A stretch of DNA of 64,000 nucleotides. Origin: Octopus sinensis (taxonomy: Eukaryota). Position 1 is the stretch's first letter. The number at the start of each line of letters is the position of its first letter. The notes beneath the pieces were generated by a model, which saw only the letters and a list, made by a program, of their open reading frames with translations, was not told the DNA's origin and did not search any database. The stretch spans positions 7,130,001 through 7,194,000 of the forward strand of contig NC_043011.1 in assembly GCF_006345805.1 (NCBI RefSeq), written 5' to 3'. Both the position numbers and the translations under genes were made by a program. Of this stretch, positions 37,628 to 50,647 are shown in pieces.

Positions 37628-37945
37628 CTATATCACCGTGATCACCGTGACTGACCAGGCTATCAGATGTTGCTACACATCGCTGGTCACAATGCACTTC
37701 GCATTGCTTTAGCCTTCAAATGACGCCACCCTACTGGCTAAGCAGGTAGGCCAACAGAAGAAAGAGTGAGAGAAAGTTGTGGCAAAAGAGTACAGCAGGG
37801 ATCACCACCATCCCCTGCCAAAGCCTCGTGGAGCTTTAGGTGTTTTCACTCAATAAACACTCACAATGCCCGGCCTGGGAATCGAAACCGCAATCCTACG
37901 ACCGCGAGTCCGCTGCCCTAACCACTGGGCCATTGCGCCTCCACG
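37628..37945 (-). mobile_element. tRNA-derived SINE family B
   Basis: Matches 9915-10227. Confidence 0.85.
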
Positions 37946-38449
37946 TATGTCTATATATATGTGTGTAAATGCATATGTATATATGTATGCGTGTATCAAA
38001 CAAAGACTCAAAGCCAAAACGTCACATTTGGAATACATGGAAAGTTCTAGAAAGAAAGTTTCAGGAGTTTTGCTTCAATAAAATTTAATCAAGATGTTGT
38101 TGTTGTTGTTGTTTGTTCCATCCAAGCCATGCCTGGCTCATAAGGGCCAGTTTCCTGGATTGACATAGATATTCCCCACCTGGATGGGACCCTGGTCAGT
38201 TGCAGATGAGCTGTGAGATGCAGGAGGAAAGAGTGAGGGAAAGTTGTGGTGAAAGAGTCAGCAGAGGTTTGCCATTACCTTCTGCCAGAGCCACGGGGAG
38301 CTTAGGTGTTTCACTCATAAACAAACACAACGCCAGGTCTGGGATTCGAACTCACAATGTAATGTTTAGTTAATCACATTGTTATAAATTAATTGAGCAT
38401 TATCCTGTAGTTTCAAGATTTCAATGGTATGATTGTATATACAAAGCGT

Positions 38450-38775
38450 AGGAGTGGCTGTGTGGTAAGTAGCTTGCTTCCCAACCATATGGTTCCAGGT
38501 TCAGTCCTACTGCAGGGCACCTTAGGCAAGTGCCTTCTACTATAGCCTCGGGCTGACCAAAGCCTTGCGAGTGGACTTGGTAGATGGAAAGTGAAAGAAG
38601 CCCATTGTGTATGTGTGTATATGTATGTATATGTGTGTGTGTGTGTGTGTGTTTGTGTTTCTGTTTTTGTCCCCCCCCCCAACATCGCTTGACAACTGAT
38701 TCTGGTGTGTTTACGTTCCCGTAACTTGGCAGTTCGACAAAAGAGACCGATAGAATATAGTACTAGGCTTACAAA
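38450..38775 (+). mobile_element. CORE-like SINE, 3'-truncated
   Basis: Head AGGAGTGGCTGTGTGGTAAG. Confidence 0.85.
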
Positions 38776-39146
38776 CTGCCATTTTCTCTAGCGGTGTCAT
38801 ATGAAATTGTCACCCATAATTATGACCCTAGTATCGATCTATTGCATTTCAATCTATTTTAGATTTAGAGTTGGTTAGGGGTGGGGGAAGGGTATCTTTT
38901 TTTCTTCACAAATGTAAATAAACCCAATCTGTTTCTCAAACGAGGGACATATTCATACGGCACAGAATGCTTTTTAACTCAATAGACGCCAGTGATTGGT
39001 TAAAATTGCCGAAATTCAAGAAATTAAAGACGAAATATGTTACAAACTACAGAATTTTCTCAAGAAAGCCAAGAGTATACGAAGTTTAAAATGTTTTAGT
39101 TACCTAGAAATGATGTTAAAAACTGCCGTTCAAACCGAAAAGATCC
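38776..39146. mobile_element. One arm of the palindromic MITE seen intact at 45024-45822
   Basis: Collinear with 45418-45822, ending GCCGTTCAAACCGAAAAGATCC. Confidence 0.85.
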
Positions 39147-39201
39147 TAGTCCTTAGCTAAACAATGCTTTTTGAATGGTACACGAAATGTGTGGAAGCTC
39201 A

Positions 39202-39299
<98 letters not shown>

Positions 39300-39785
39300 G
39301 AGAGAGAGTGAGAGAGAGACCTCGACAACAGACAGTGTTGATCTGTTTTCGTCCCAGTAACTAAGCGGTTCGACAAAAGTATCGGACTTAAAGAAAAATA
39401 AGTTTTGGAGTTTGATCTGTTTGACTAAAACCCTTCAAGGCAAATGCCCCAGCATGGTGGCTACCCAACAAGTAAACGAAGGTAAAAGCTAGAAAAGCTA
39501 TCACCAGATTCAGGCCTTAGAAACATGAACTAGGCCCGAAGAGAATAAAATGGAAACAAGAGTTAATTGTAATTAGGTTAAACGAAGCAATAATGACAAC
39601 ACAGTGGCTTCAATGAGTCATCGTTGGAGCATCTTTCTAAAGTTGTGAAAAGTTCAAAATTAAGGACACATAAGTCTTATGACTGCCAATAACACTCACA
39701 CGTTCGTTCATTCATTCAGTTTTGATCTTCCATAGTTTGAACAAAGACACATGATGTGTCCTGTAAACGTTTCTATTGTGGAAAG

Positions 39786-40110
39786 CCAATGGCTTAGTGG
39801 ATAGGGGTATTCGGTTCGCAAACGTGATGTCGCTAGTTCGATTCCTGGCGGCGCGTTGTGTCCTTCAACATGACATTTTTTTATTTCATTTTGTTCCAGT
39901 TCGCTCAGCTGGTAAAAATTGAGATGTAACTGTATTTCAAAGGGCAAATCTTGTCACATTCCCTGAATTTCCCTGGCAGCTACGTTAATGGTAACGCGTT
40001 TGTGGAATACTCATACACTAGCACGTTAATTTCATGAGTATGCTCATAGGATCAATTGGAGGTTCTCGTTATCGTAACCAAGGAAAAGCCAGTTGGGTTA
40101 TGTCGGATGA
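39786..40110 (+). mobile_element. tRNA-derived SINE family C, degenerate
   Basis: Head GGCTTAGTGG...AGTTCGATTCC; 3' tail shared with 44468-44848. Confidence 0.7.
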
Positions 40111-40156
40111 ATGAGAGAAGGGTGCTCGGCATAACTACAGACTTGTACCCCTGCCA

Positions 40157-41655
40157 ACTTTGTTGCTCTATAACTTCCAGAAAAATGGATACTTTTTAAC
40201 GAAATCTTCAACAAATAACGCTTAGATGCCTTGGATTCAGATTATATAAGGATTTAGAGGAAAGAATTTTTTTCGAGGGGATAGGGAGGGGAGTTTCGGA
40301 AAATTCACACGATCCGGATTTTTTCCCCTCATTACTTTCAGGAGAATGGTTATCTTTTAATGAAATTTTATACAAATACTTTTCAAACGGTATAGATTAC
40401 GATTATAAAGAAATTTGTGGGGTAAATTTTTTCCGAAGGTATGGGGAGAGGAAATTCGAAAAAACGGAGTCTCGGATCAAGAAGACCAAATAAGTTGGAA
40501 CAATTCCGTTTTGAAGACGATTCCCACTCCCTTTTTTTTTAACCACAGCCTTTGTCTTTTAATGACAAAAAAAGTTTTGAAAATTTTTTGTAGAACCCCA
40601 CCCACCTCTTCTCCCATCATCCCATTTCGGACCGATTTTGACCATTTTTTTTGCACTTCCAAACCACTTGAGGAGCCTTTTGGGTAAAAAAAATAAATAA
40701 ATAATTGTTAATATTTTCAGAGGAAAAAGTGTGATTTAAGAGAGATTTGGCTGTTATTTCTAGTACATCCGAAGGCAACCCTCCTCGTTTCATTCTCACT
40801 CTCGAATGTATTAGACGTGTGAGAGTGAGAAGGGAGGGTGGTTTGGGATGTGTTAGAAACAACAGCGAAATCTCCCTTGAATCGTACACCAATTGACAAT
40901 TTTTTTTTTTCTTTTTACCGCAAAGGCTCCTCCCATGGGTTTTAAGTTGGAAAAAAAATTGGCGAAAATCAGTCCAGAGTGGGATGGTGAGGAATGAGGA
41001 GGGGGGATTAAAATTTTCAAAACTTTTTTTCATAAACAGATGCACACACCCACCCCGGCCACCATTTCGAAGGCAGTGGTGAAATTTTAAAAAATGGGAA
41101 AAATTTCCGTCAAAACAGAGTTCCAACTTATTTGGTCTTCCTGATCCGAAACTCCGTTTTTCGAAATTCCTCTCCCCACACTTTCGGAAAAAATTTTCTC
41201 CACAGATTTCTTTATAATCGTAATCTTTACCGTTTGAAAGGTATTTCTATAAAATTTCATTAAAAGATAACCATTCTCCTGAAAGTTATGATGGAAAAAA
41301 AATTCGGATCGTGTGGATTTTTTTAAACTCTTCTCCCTACCTCTTTAGAAAAATTCTTTCCCATAAATCCCTATATATTTCTTTATTGCCCACAAGGGGC
41401 TAAACATAGAGGGGACAAACAAGGACTGACAAAGGGATTAAGTCAATTACATCAACCCCAGTGCGTAACTGGTATTTAATTTATCGACCCCGAAAGGATG
41501 AAAGCAAAGTCGACCTCGACAGACGAAATACCGCTAAGCATTTCGCCCAGCGTGCTACCGTTTCTGCCAGCTCGCCGCCTTTGTACATCCCTATATAATC
41601 TGAAAATTTCGTTCAAAAAGCATCTATTTTTCTCGAAGTTATAAGGCAACAAAGT
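40157..41655. mobile_element. About 1.5-kb foldback element (nested palindrome)
   Basis: 40157-40710 pairs with 40890-41655 (right arm interrupted by a SINE). The centre, 40725-40890, is itself a small palindromic MITE. Confidence 0.8.
41378..41586 (-). mobile_element. Full-length MetaSINE-like SINE with 11-bp TSD
   Basis: ATCCCTATATA at 41367-41377 and 41587-41597. Confidence 0.9.
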
Positions 41656-43478
41656 CTGTATTTACATCGAGTGCTCAATATATCTTGTAGAACAGAGGTC
41701 CTCTAACTTTATTGCACAGAGTAACTTGTTTCGTATCGTATGATGTGAGATGCCATAGGGACATTTTCCTAAGTGTGTTAGATAGTGAAATCCTTCATGT
41801 GAGACCCCTTACAGCCTCATGTGGGTCAGATGTGACGAAGAACTGTAAATATTGGCGAATTAACCAACTAGTACCGTTTCTAACTTCTCTACTTTTAGAC
41901 CAGGCACACGCAACCTTTCTTGAGAAGCAGGCCGCATGAGATACGGTTCATCATTTGGCGGGCTGCAAGACTAAAAAAAAAATCAAGTTAATTTTCCGTT
42001 CAGAAAGTGCCGCGGGCTGCAGTTTGCTTCAGACTTTAACATACACAGTCCTTCAACTGTTGTTTACTTAAAAATAACAGAGTCGATGCCTCTTTCACAT
42101 GTGCAACGATAAAAGCGAGCGAAAACTTGCTGAGAAATCCTCAGAGGAAGAACTTTCGTCAAATGTTTGGTTCGTTAGTTCCGGACACTCTAAAGGGAAC
42201 TGTGACCCACATAGGTAGGGAGACTCCGGCTCTCTTAGAGCGCATCCTTTGCAATTGTAATGATAAAAAAAACGCTCCAATAAACTTATTATTATCACAC
42301 CCGTGTCCAAACTGAAAGGCGGACTTTCGGAATAGCCATTCAGGACAAGGAACTGTGAAAGAATTTTTTGTCAAAAACGTAATTTCATTCATTTCTGTAC
42401 CCATCCCACAATTCACAAGATAGGTATAATAGTAAAAAAAAATGGTAAAATTACCAATTTTAATTAGAATTGTATGTGGAAATACCTCCAGTGTTATGGC
42501 TTGACCTTTCTGTTACTGAGGAGGGAATGGCAGCACCCATGACCCATTATGGCCTCCGAGAGTGATGGGAAGGAGAGATGAAGGGATCTTTAACCGTAGG
42601 CCTTGTTCGAATGTAGCAAACAGTGGACACTGCTAAAAGAACAAAGTGTGAAGTGGTTAGGGCGACGGGCTGAGCCTACAACCTAAGTAAGTCGCGAAGG
42701 TATTTCAACGCAAAAAGCCGGAATACGGCAAAGATCACCTAATTAAAATTCGGGCGAAAGTAAAGAATACGTACACCCGGGGTTTAGGGTTACGGAATGG
42801 TTTTTGTAACGCCGAAAACGGGTGGTGTACGTATTCTTTACCTCCGCCAAAATTCGTACAATTTCGCCAATCCACCGCCCTAAATTGGTTCATTTACCCA
42901 TTTTTTTAATCGACTTCGAAAGGATAAAAAGCAGTTTCCCATAGCAGGCGTGGGGTTACTTAAGACCTGATGTTTAACAAGTCAAATCCCGCCAGGGTCA
43001 TAACAAGTGGACCCAGCTTAAACTAATGGGACCCATGACCGATAAAATATCTATATAGAAAAGAATGCCAACTAATGCTTCTCATTAAGGTCTCCGCTTA
43101 CTGTGTTCCCTCTAAGTTACGCAGTTTTGTGTGCGGGTGCTCCCATGTGCTTTACAACTGGGAAAGGGAATAAAAATTGTGCCCACGCAAGATTTTCGGA
43201 ATAAAACGGGATGTTTTGAATTGAAGACATTTGACTTTATGTTTACTCGCATGGAAGCACGTATTTTGCAAGGAATTACAAAATCTACACATGCAAATTT
43301 CTGCGTACACCAACAGCTAAAACTTAGAGACTAGACCAAGAGCCCCAAACGACACAAAGATAAATGTTTACGTTTAGGAATAGTTGTCTTTCGAGGTCTT
43401 CGCATACCTTGTGGGAAACGAAAACAGATATTACCATGACCAAAAAAACAAAACGAAATTGGTTCTCTGCACACTTAC

Positions 43479-43574
43479 TTCATCATAGGTAACACTTCTA
43501 ATAAGAGGTATTTGACTTCTCCTTTGAATTGACGACTCTGAAATCTTCCTGTCCGTTGTTGAAGTCACTGCCAT
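43479..43574 (-). CDS. CFAP69: CFAP69 first coding exon (MAVTSTTDRKISESSIQRRSQIPLIRSVTYDE)
   Basis: ggcaacATGG start, GTAAGT donor, 96 nt, phase 0. SQIPLIRSVTYDE resembles recalled SQIPVVGVVTEDDE. Confidence 0.88.
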
Positions 43575-43906
43575 GTTGCCTGTCTCCAAGGACCTCTCTT
43601 TATTCATACAGGTAAAAAAAATATATATATATATTTACAAAAATTGCCGCAAAAGAAATTTACTGTTTTGAAAGGGCTGGCATTATTTCGAATTATTGAA
43701 CACACAATTATTCATCCTTCTGTTAGTGCTGCAGGCTTGAGATAGTTTTTTGTTCCATTTCATACATATACATACATACACACATATATACGTATCTGCA
43801 TATATATATGTATGTATATATATATATATTGTTATAAGGCTTTCGTGTTCTCTACTAAAGTTGGTAAAAATACCTTCTCTTCGCTACAAACAGCTTTAAT
43901 TATGCC

Positions 43907-43919
43907 GTTGCTAGGCAAC
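43907..43919. promoter_or_regulatory. RFX X-box GTTGCTAGGCAAC upstream of CFAP69
   Basis: Near-perfect palindromic X-box about 330 bp upstream of the ATG of a ciliary gene, in locally CpG-rich sequence. Confidence 0.8.
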
Positions 43920-44467
43920 ACACCTACCGCATTTACCTTTATTTTCTCGCGCGCAATTTTCCCTCCCACTTCCACGAGCTTTTGTTCTCCCTCTCTCTCT
44001 GTCTTTTATACGCTCTTTCTCTCACTCTATCTCTCTCTCTCTCACACACACACACATTCTTTCTTTCAATCTTCATTTCTCTCTTTTACTCTTTGTTTCT
44101 CTCATTCACTCATTTACTCTTTCAATCTCTCTCCGTCTCACTCTCTGACAGTTTTTTCTTTATTAGTCTCTCTCTCTCTATCTCTGTCACTCTTTTTCTT
44201 TCACTCTCTCTATCTCAATAACCTGATCTCTCTTTTGCACACCTGGGGCCGAGAGTTACAAATAAAGGTACCAATGCCTAGAAGAGCTGGAGTTGCTGAA
44301 GAAATGCGATAACATCTAAGAAGACGTCTACAAAGGCTTTGGTCTGGACCCATTAACGGTGTCTGCCTTGAAGAAGCAAAGAAGGATTTGAAAGTTTAAA
44401 TTGGAAAAGAATAAATTTCTTCTATTAAACCCGTTTTCTTCCGTCACTCGTTCATTATTCCTAATTA

Positions 44468-44848
44468 GTGGAGGCGCAATGGCCCAGTGGTCAGGGCAGC
44501 GGACTCGCGGTCGTAGGATCGCGGTTTCGATTCCCAGACCGGGCGTTGTGAGTGTTTATTGAGCGAAAACACCTAAAAAGCTCCACGAGGCTCCGGCAGG
44601 GGATGGTGGTGATCCCTGCTGTACTCTTTCACCACAACTTTCTCTCACTCTTACTTTCTGTTTCTGTTGTACCTGTATTTCAAGGGGCCGGCCTTGTCAC
44701 TCTCTGTGTCACGCTGCCCCGAGAACTACGTTAAGGGTACACGTGTCTGTGGAGTGCTCGGCCACTTACACGTTAATTTCACGAGCAGGCTGTTCCGTTG
44801 ATTCGGATCAACCGGAACCCTCATCGTCGTAACCGACGGAGTGATTCC
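44468..44848 (+). mobile_element. Chimeric SINE (family B head and body plus family C tail) with 11-bp TSD
   Basis: ATTCCTAATTA at 44457-44467 and 44849-44859. Confidence 0.88.
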
Positions 44849-45023
44849 ATTCCTAATTAACATGAAATGTACAAAAAAATCATGAGTATGTAACCGGTTT
44901 TAATTAAAAAGACTTGCCAGCCTCTTTCATGGGTCAAAGGAATATTGGTGGAACTTAAAGATTAATACAGCCTCCAAGTTAAAACACAACTGGCCAAATA
45001 TTGATGTGCGGGAATACAAAAAA

Positions 45024-45822
45024 GGGATCTTTTCCTTTTGAACGGCGTATGTCAACACAATTTCTAGTTAACTAAACACTTTTAAACTTCGTATACTGGT
45101 AGAATGTGTTTATAAAACATCATTTTTTCTTGGCTTTATTGAGAAAATTCTATAGTTTGTAAGATATTTCGTCTGAAATTTCGAGCATTTCGGTAATTTT
45201 AACCAATCGCTGACCTCCATTTGGGGTGAAAACATTCCGTGCTGTATGAATATGTCCCTCGTTTAAGAAACAGATTGGGTTTATTTACATTTGCGAAGAA
45301 AAAAAAATACCCTTCCCCCACCCCTAACTCTAAAATAGATTGAAATGCAATAGATCGATACTAGGGTTATAATTATGGGTGACATTTTCATTTGACACCG
45401 CTAGAGAAAATGGCAGTATTTTCTAGCGGTGTCGTATGAAATTGTCACCCATAATTATAACCCTAGTATCGATCTATTGCATTTCAATCTATTTTAGATT
45501 TAGGGTTAGAGTTAGGGTTTGAGGTGGGGGAAGGGTATCTTTTTTTCTTCGCAAATGTAAATAAACCCAATCTGTTTCTTAAACGAGGGACATATTCATA
45601 CAGAACGGAATGTTTTCGCCCCAAATGGAGGTCAGCGATTGGTTAAAATTGCCGAAATGCTCGAAATTTCAGACGAAATATCTTACAAACTATAGAATTT
45701 TCTCAATAAAGCCAAGAAAAAAATGATGTTTCATAAACACATTCTACCAGTATACGAAGTTTAAAAGTGTTTAGTTAACTAGAAATTGTGTTGACATGTG
45801 CCGTTCAAAAGGAAAAGATCCC
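45024..45822. mobile_element. About 800-bp near-perfect palindromic MITE
   Basis: Termini GGGATCTTTTCCTTTTGAACGGC; arms meet near 45412-45417; AAA on both flanks (possible 3-bp TSD). Confidence 0.9.
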
Positions 45823-46720
45823 AAATAGGAAATATCAGCTGGTCAGAAAAATACGGGGGAAAGAAAACATCAAAGGATCATTGATAAGGAGTTTGTAAAT
45901 CCAATATCCCGCGATACACTTTCAGCCTCATATCTATTATTACTGGGGCAACGGGATATCTATTAATCCTTCTGGATCAAATCTTAGCCGAACTTGGGTT
46001 CTCAGGGAAAGAACGCAACTCCTTAATTCATATGCTGCAAATGATCACAATATCATCATCATCATCATGGATTGGACAGTTTACCCAGGGCTGGTAAATT
46101 ACTGAGGGGCTGCACCAGATTCCAGTCTGATTTGGCATGGTCTCTACGGCTGGATGCTCTTCCTGACGCCAACAACTCCGAGGGTTTAGCGGCTGCTTTT
46201 ACGTGCCACCGGCACAGGTGTCATTTGTGTGACACCAGTATCTGCCATGACTATGATTTCACTCGGCTTGATGGACCTTCCTTCTCAAGCACAGCATATT
46301 GCCAAGGGTCTCAGTCATTTGTCATTGTCTCCACAGGGCCCAGCACTCGAAAGGTGTTTTTTTACGTGCCACCAGCACGCAAGCCCTTCTTAAGGTGTAA
46401 AAGATGATGAACAAAACAAGGCTTTTTCTTTCGCAACCTTGCTAACTCATACCAGTTATGTCTTGGTGTAAAAGATGGGCTACAACAAATATTCTGCTCA
46501 ATACCACAGATTTGCTTGTCAGTTGTTTGACCATAACCAGTTGAGCATGTAACTCAATGGCTGACGATATGTGCATCTCTGATCACGAGCAGAAGTAGTG
46601 GGGGAGCATCATAGCCATGTGTTGAGAGGGAATTTCTTCAAGGCGGTGCCCCAACGTCGCCGCTGTCTAATCACTGGAACAAATAATAGATAAAACATAC
46701 ATACATTTAGATTAACACAA

Positions 46721-46724
<4 letters not shown>

Positions 46725-46752
<28 letters not shown>

Positions 46753-46844
46753 ACAGAGACAGAGAGAGAGAGACAGAGACAGACAGACAGACAGACAGAA
46801 AGAAAGACAGAAAGACAGACAGATAGATAGATAGATAGATAGAT

Positions 46845-46895
<51 letters not shown>

Positions 46896-46968
46896 TAGAT
46901 AGATAGATAGAAAGAAAGATAGATAGACAGATAAACAGATAGACAGATAGATAGATAGATAGATAGAT

Positions 46969-47014
<46 letters not shown>

Positions 47015-47110
47015 CAGAGAGACAGACAGACAGAAAGACAGACAGATAGATAGATAGATAGATAGAAAGAAAAAAAGAAAGAAAGAAAGATAGATAGAAA
47101 GATAGATAGA
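46725..47110. repeat. Compound (GATA)/(GACA)/(GA)/(GAAA) microsatellite
   Basis: Visible directly in the sequence. Confidence 0.97.
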
Positions 47111-47139
47111 ACAAAAAAATAATTTTGGCAACTAGGGGT

Positions 47140-47358
47140 AGGTAACCGAAAAGTAACCGACAGCGTTGCGCCGCCGCCGAACGAGGGCGCTAGTTGTCAG
47201 AACAGGAAGTTTACAGACTTCATTCTTCCTCTTGCCTTGTTTACATCTCCGTCTTTTGTCTCTGTTTCCTCCGTTCCTCCCTCTTTTGTCTCGTCTCTTG
47301 TTTACATAACAAGCGACATTGCCGTTGTGGTCGTTCCCTGCCAAGGCACTCATCAAAC
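47140..47358 (+). promoter_or_regulatory. CpG-rich promoter/5' UTR of the plus-strand gene
   Basis: CpG cluster, ETS-like CAGGAAGT at 47203-47210, and no ATG before 47359. Confidence 0.55.
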
Positions 47359-47549
47359 ATGACTGCTTACAGGAAGCTCAATTCCTCCGTCGTCAAGCCC
47401 AACAGACGTTACGGCTTCAAAAGACGCTGTCTCTCCCTCTTCGGACGATTCATCTTCCTCTCCGTCATCGCCATAACGCTGATCTTGACCGTCGGCCTCC
47501 TCTACATCTACGCCACTTATCCACCGCACGCTTCTTGCACAATCAAATG
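47359..47549 (+). CDS. Uncharacterised type II membrane protein, exon 1 (basic tail, TM helix, HASCTIKW)
   Basis: aacATG start; basic residues, then hydrophobic F31-A52; GTGAGT donor, phase 2. Confidence 0.88.
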
Positions 47550-47617
47550 GTGAGTAAACTTCTTTATTTATCTAGTCTTTCTTCCGTCTCCTTCTCCGTT
47601 CAAATCCTGCCCAGGTC

Positions 47618-48034
47618 GGTACAACTAGCAGCGAACAGTGGTCCCGGTGCGCGCACTCGCGCTAGCTAGTCGTAAGTAGTCGATCCTACAACGACATTTT
47701 AACCCTAACCCTGGTACTACTTGAGAACAGTGGTTCCGGTGCGTGCACTCGCGTAGTCGCGCATCCGCGCTCCTACAACGACTACCGAGCAAAGTAAATA
47801 AAAACCCTAACCCTGAACCTAATTTTTTAACCCTGACCCTAGTTTTGTTTATGAAAATAATTTATTTACTTAGTTTAAAAAATTATTTACTTTGTTCGAA
47901 AAATATTATTTAATTTCCTTTGATCTGTATTCAGCCTTGAAATACAAACATACGCGCAAGTCGTTGTAGGATCGACTACTTACGACTAGCTAGCGCGAGT
48001 GCGCGCACCGAGACCACTGTTCGCTAGTAGTACC
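47618..48034. mobile_element. CpG-rich MITE with about 75-bp TIRs and telomere-like CCCTAA motifs
   Basis: 47632-47696 is the reverse complement of 47960-48024. Termini GGTAC...GTACC; internal partial TIR copy at about 47713-47783. Confidence 0.8.
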
Positions 48035-49214
48035 CCGAGGTCATCTTCGCTTTCCAGGGTCAATAAAATAAAGTACCAGATATAATCAACCAGTTCCCCC
48101 CACTCTCCCTACCTCATAGTGTCGTAGTTCGCTAAACTATCCATCGTGGGGCAAAGTAATGCACTGAGGTCCCAACATACGCAGTGACACCCCGTATAGA
48201 TTAGATCGAAACCACTAAACTCGTGGGGCCCTTCTGGGCTACTTCCCTGTCTGATTATGTCTTAACTTGGCCCTGTCTCTCAACTTAAAATTCTTAGCCT
48301 TATACCTAATTAAAAATTGCTATTTGGTGCTGTTCTACCATATTAAATTCCCTTCCATCGCAGTCTCCCCGATTTTCATTGTTTGTACGCTCCTCCCCGT
48401 TATCCTCTCCCTCATCTCGAACCCCGATCCGCGAGTACCCGATCTGCCGCCTCTCACCCATCCGCAAACTATGTTCCTTACTGGGTTTGTTTTTGTTTTT
48501 GCTTCGTGTGTACTTTTACAAGCAGACAGAAAGCATTGGTTGTATTCTCATCTGCAACTTTGTCTGAATTAGAAGTAAAGAAACGAAAAAGCTAAACCGG
48601 GTTAGTCACAACTGGAACGTCTTATGATCCTACCAGGTCCACTTGTTTAGAACTGACCTGGAGATAAAAAACACGTTATCGTCCCCTCCCCTTGTGCAAG
48701 GTTCCCTAAGGGGTCAAATACCAGCCAAGCCCGAAGAAAAAGATAAAATGTTAAGCTCCCACCCCGATATTACCGAAAATTCCCCACACCCCCTATTAAT
48801 GAAAGGACAAAAAAGGAGTTCGATTCCATATAATGCTTTTATTCTATCTTGGTGTCAGATTTGAAAAGTTTAACAGGGGTAATTTACCTGTTCCCTATTT
48901 TGACCAACAAAGCTTTACCAGTTTACACTCACCCACCCCTCTTACGAGAAACACTACCTTAGCGTGCATTTGACTTCATATCGGGACAGACCTGGGCCTA
49001 TACTGGATAATACTTAAGAAATTGATAATATTGGTAATTCATTCATACATTTAAGAGATACTCGCAGTCATGTTATCTGTGACAGATCAGTAAAATTAGA
49101 CACTTGTATATGTGTGGGTATATTAATCAAATTAATATTACTCGTTTGGTAAGATTGGCTGTAATGATGTGTGTGTGTGGTTATATATATATATCTCTAT
49201 TTATAAATCTATAT

Positions 49215-49377
49215 ATATATAAAATAGTGTACATTTACACACAAGAGAAAACTACCTTTAACGGGTAACTTTTACACGCTAGAAGAAGCAGTCAAAACGA
49301 CCAAAACCTTCTAGCGTATAAAAATTACCTGTTAAAGGTAGTTTTCTCCTGTGTTTAAATGTACACTATTTTATATT
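49215..49377. repeat. About 165-bp imperfect hairpin (probable MITE)
   Basis: ATATAAAATAGTGTACATTTA...GCTAGAAG pairs with CTTCTAGCG...TAAATGTACACTATTTTATAT. Confidence 0.75.
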
Positions 49378-49451
49378 TAGAATATGTTGTCTATTGACTT
49401 TCTATACATGCTAGGCCACTGGTGGTGAAATTTCTAAAAGTATTCGCCATC

Positions 49452-49501
<50 letters not shown>

Positions 49502-49735
49502 GAAGTCTCCTGAGGAACTCGTATACACAAAAATTACTAATGTTTCTAGGTTTTTCTCTCAAAAGAAAACTTTAGAATTGGACTTCCCAGAATACGCATC
49601 TCTCTTGTTTAGTTTCAGCATCCGTTTTATATACAATATTTTGTTGTGTATACACAAAGCTTTGTGCGTATATGTACAAATATATACATAATCAGTAGAT
49701 GGAACGTAACGCTATATAAGCATATATACAGCAAT

Positions 49736-49822
<87 letters not shown>

Positions 49823-50647
49823 ATGTATGTATATATTTGTTTGTTTATGTGAGTTTGTATCTGTATGTGTATATTATGATTGCATCATTACAGTGTGTTC
49901 ATATGTGTGTATGTGTACGTGTCGTGTGTGTGTGTTTACTTATGTATATGTGTTAGTTTTTTCCTGTCAGTAAATCTTCCAGTTACCCCCATAAATTCAA
50001 AGCTTTGTAAAATACGAAATCCCTTGAAAAAAAAAAAAAAAAACAGGTGAGGGTTAACAACATTTTGCTGTAAAACAATGCCTTCGATATCATATTCGTC
50101 CAACCCATGCAAGTACGGAAAAACGAACGTAAAACGAACGAACAAATACTTGCAGAAATAAAGGTTTTGTTATTGTTTTTATTATTAATTTTGGCTGTGT
50201 TCTCCATTAATAATACCCTATTAGCATTGCATGTAAGAGTACACTATCATTCTCATTAAGTCCCTGTGGCAACCCCCCATCCACACAACCTGTCATGAAA
50301 ATCTTAAACATGTGACTCGATTCTGTGTCACGTTGTAGAACTAGGGATAGGCACCAGACATTTTGGAATGTTAGCGAAATTATTTCTGACCTACATTCAC
50401 TGGTTTATGTAATCTATGGAACATTATTGTCTTTTATTCTGGCATAGTGTATCTGGGACTGTATTAACCAATGTGTTCCTTGTATTTATATTTTCATTTT
50501 TTTTTTAAAGATTAGGGTGTGAAATGACAGATTTAGTTGCTATTTCTAGCATGGTGAGTAACCATACAGGAGCTCTGTATTGCTGTGCTATATAGAGCTT
50601 CTGTTGTTGAGCTATTTGGTATTTGTATAGCAGTATGCATACATTCA

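Noticed and set aside
47700-47845. Interstitial telomere
   Set aside because: Only isolated 1.5-2 unit motifs inside a TIR element, not an array.
48110-49200. Suspected reversed or complemented-only segment because of high CpG
   Set aside because: CpG and GpC counts are about equal, consistent with an unmethylated promoter-proximal domain. No known repeat appears when it is read reversed.
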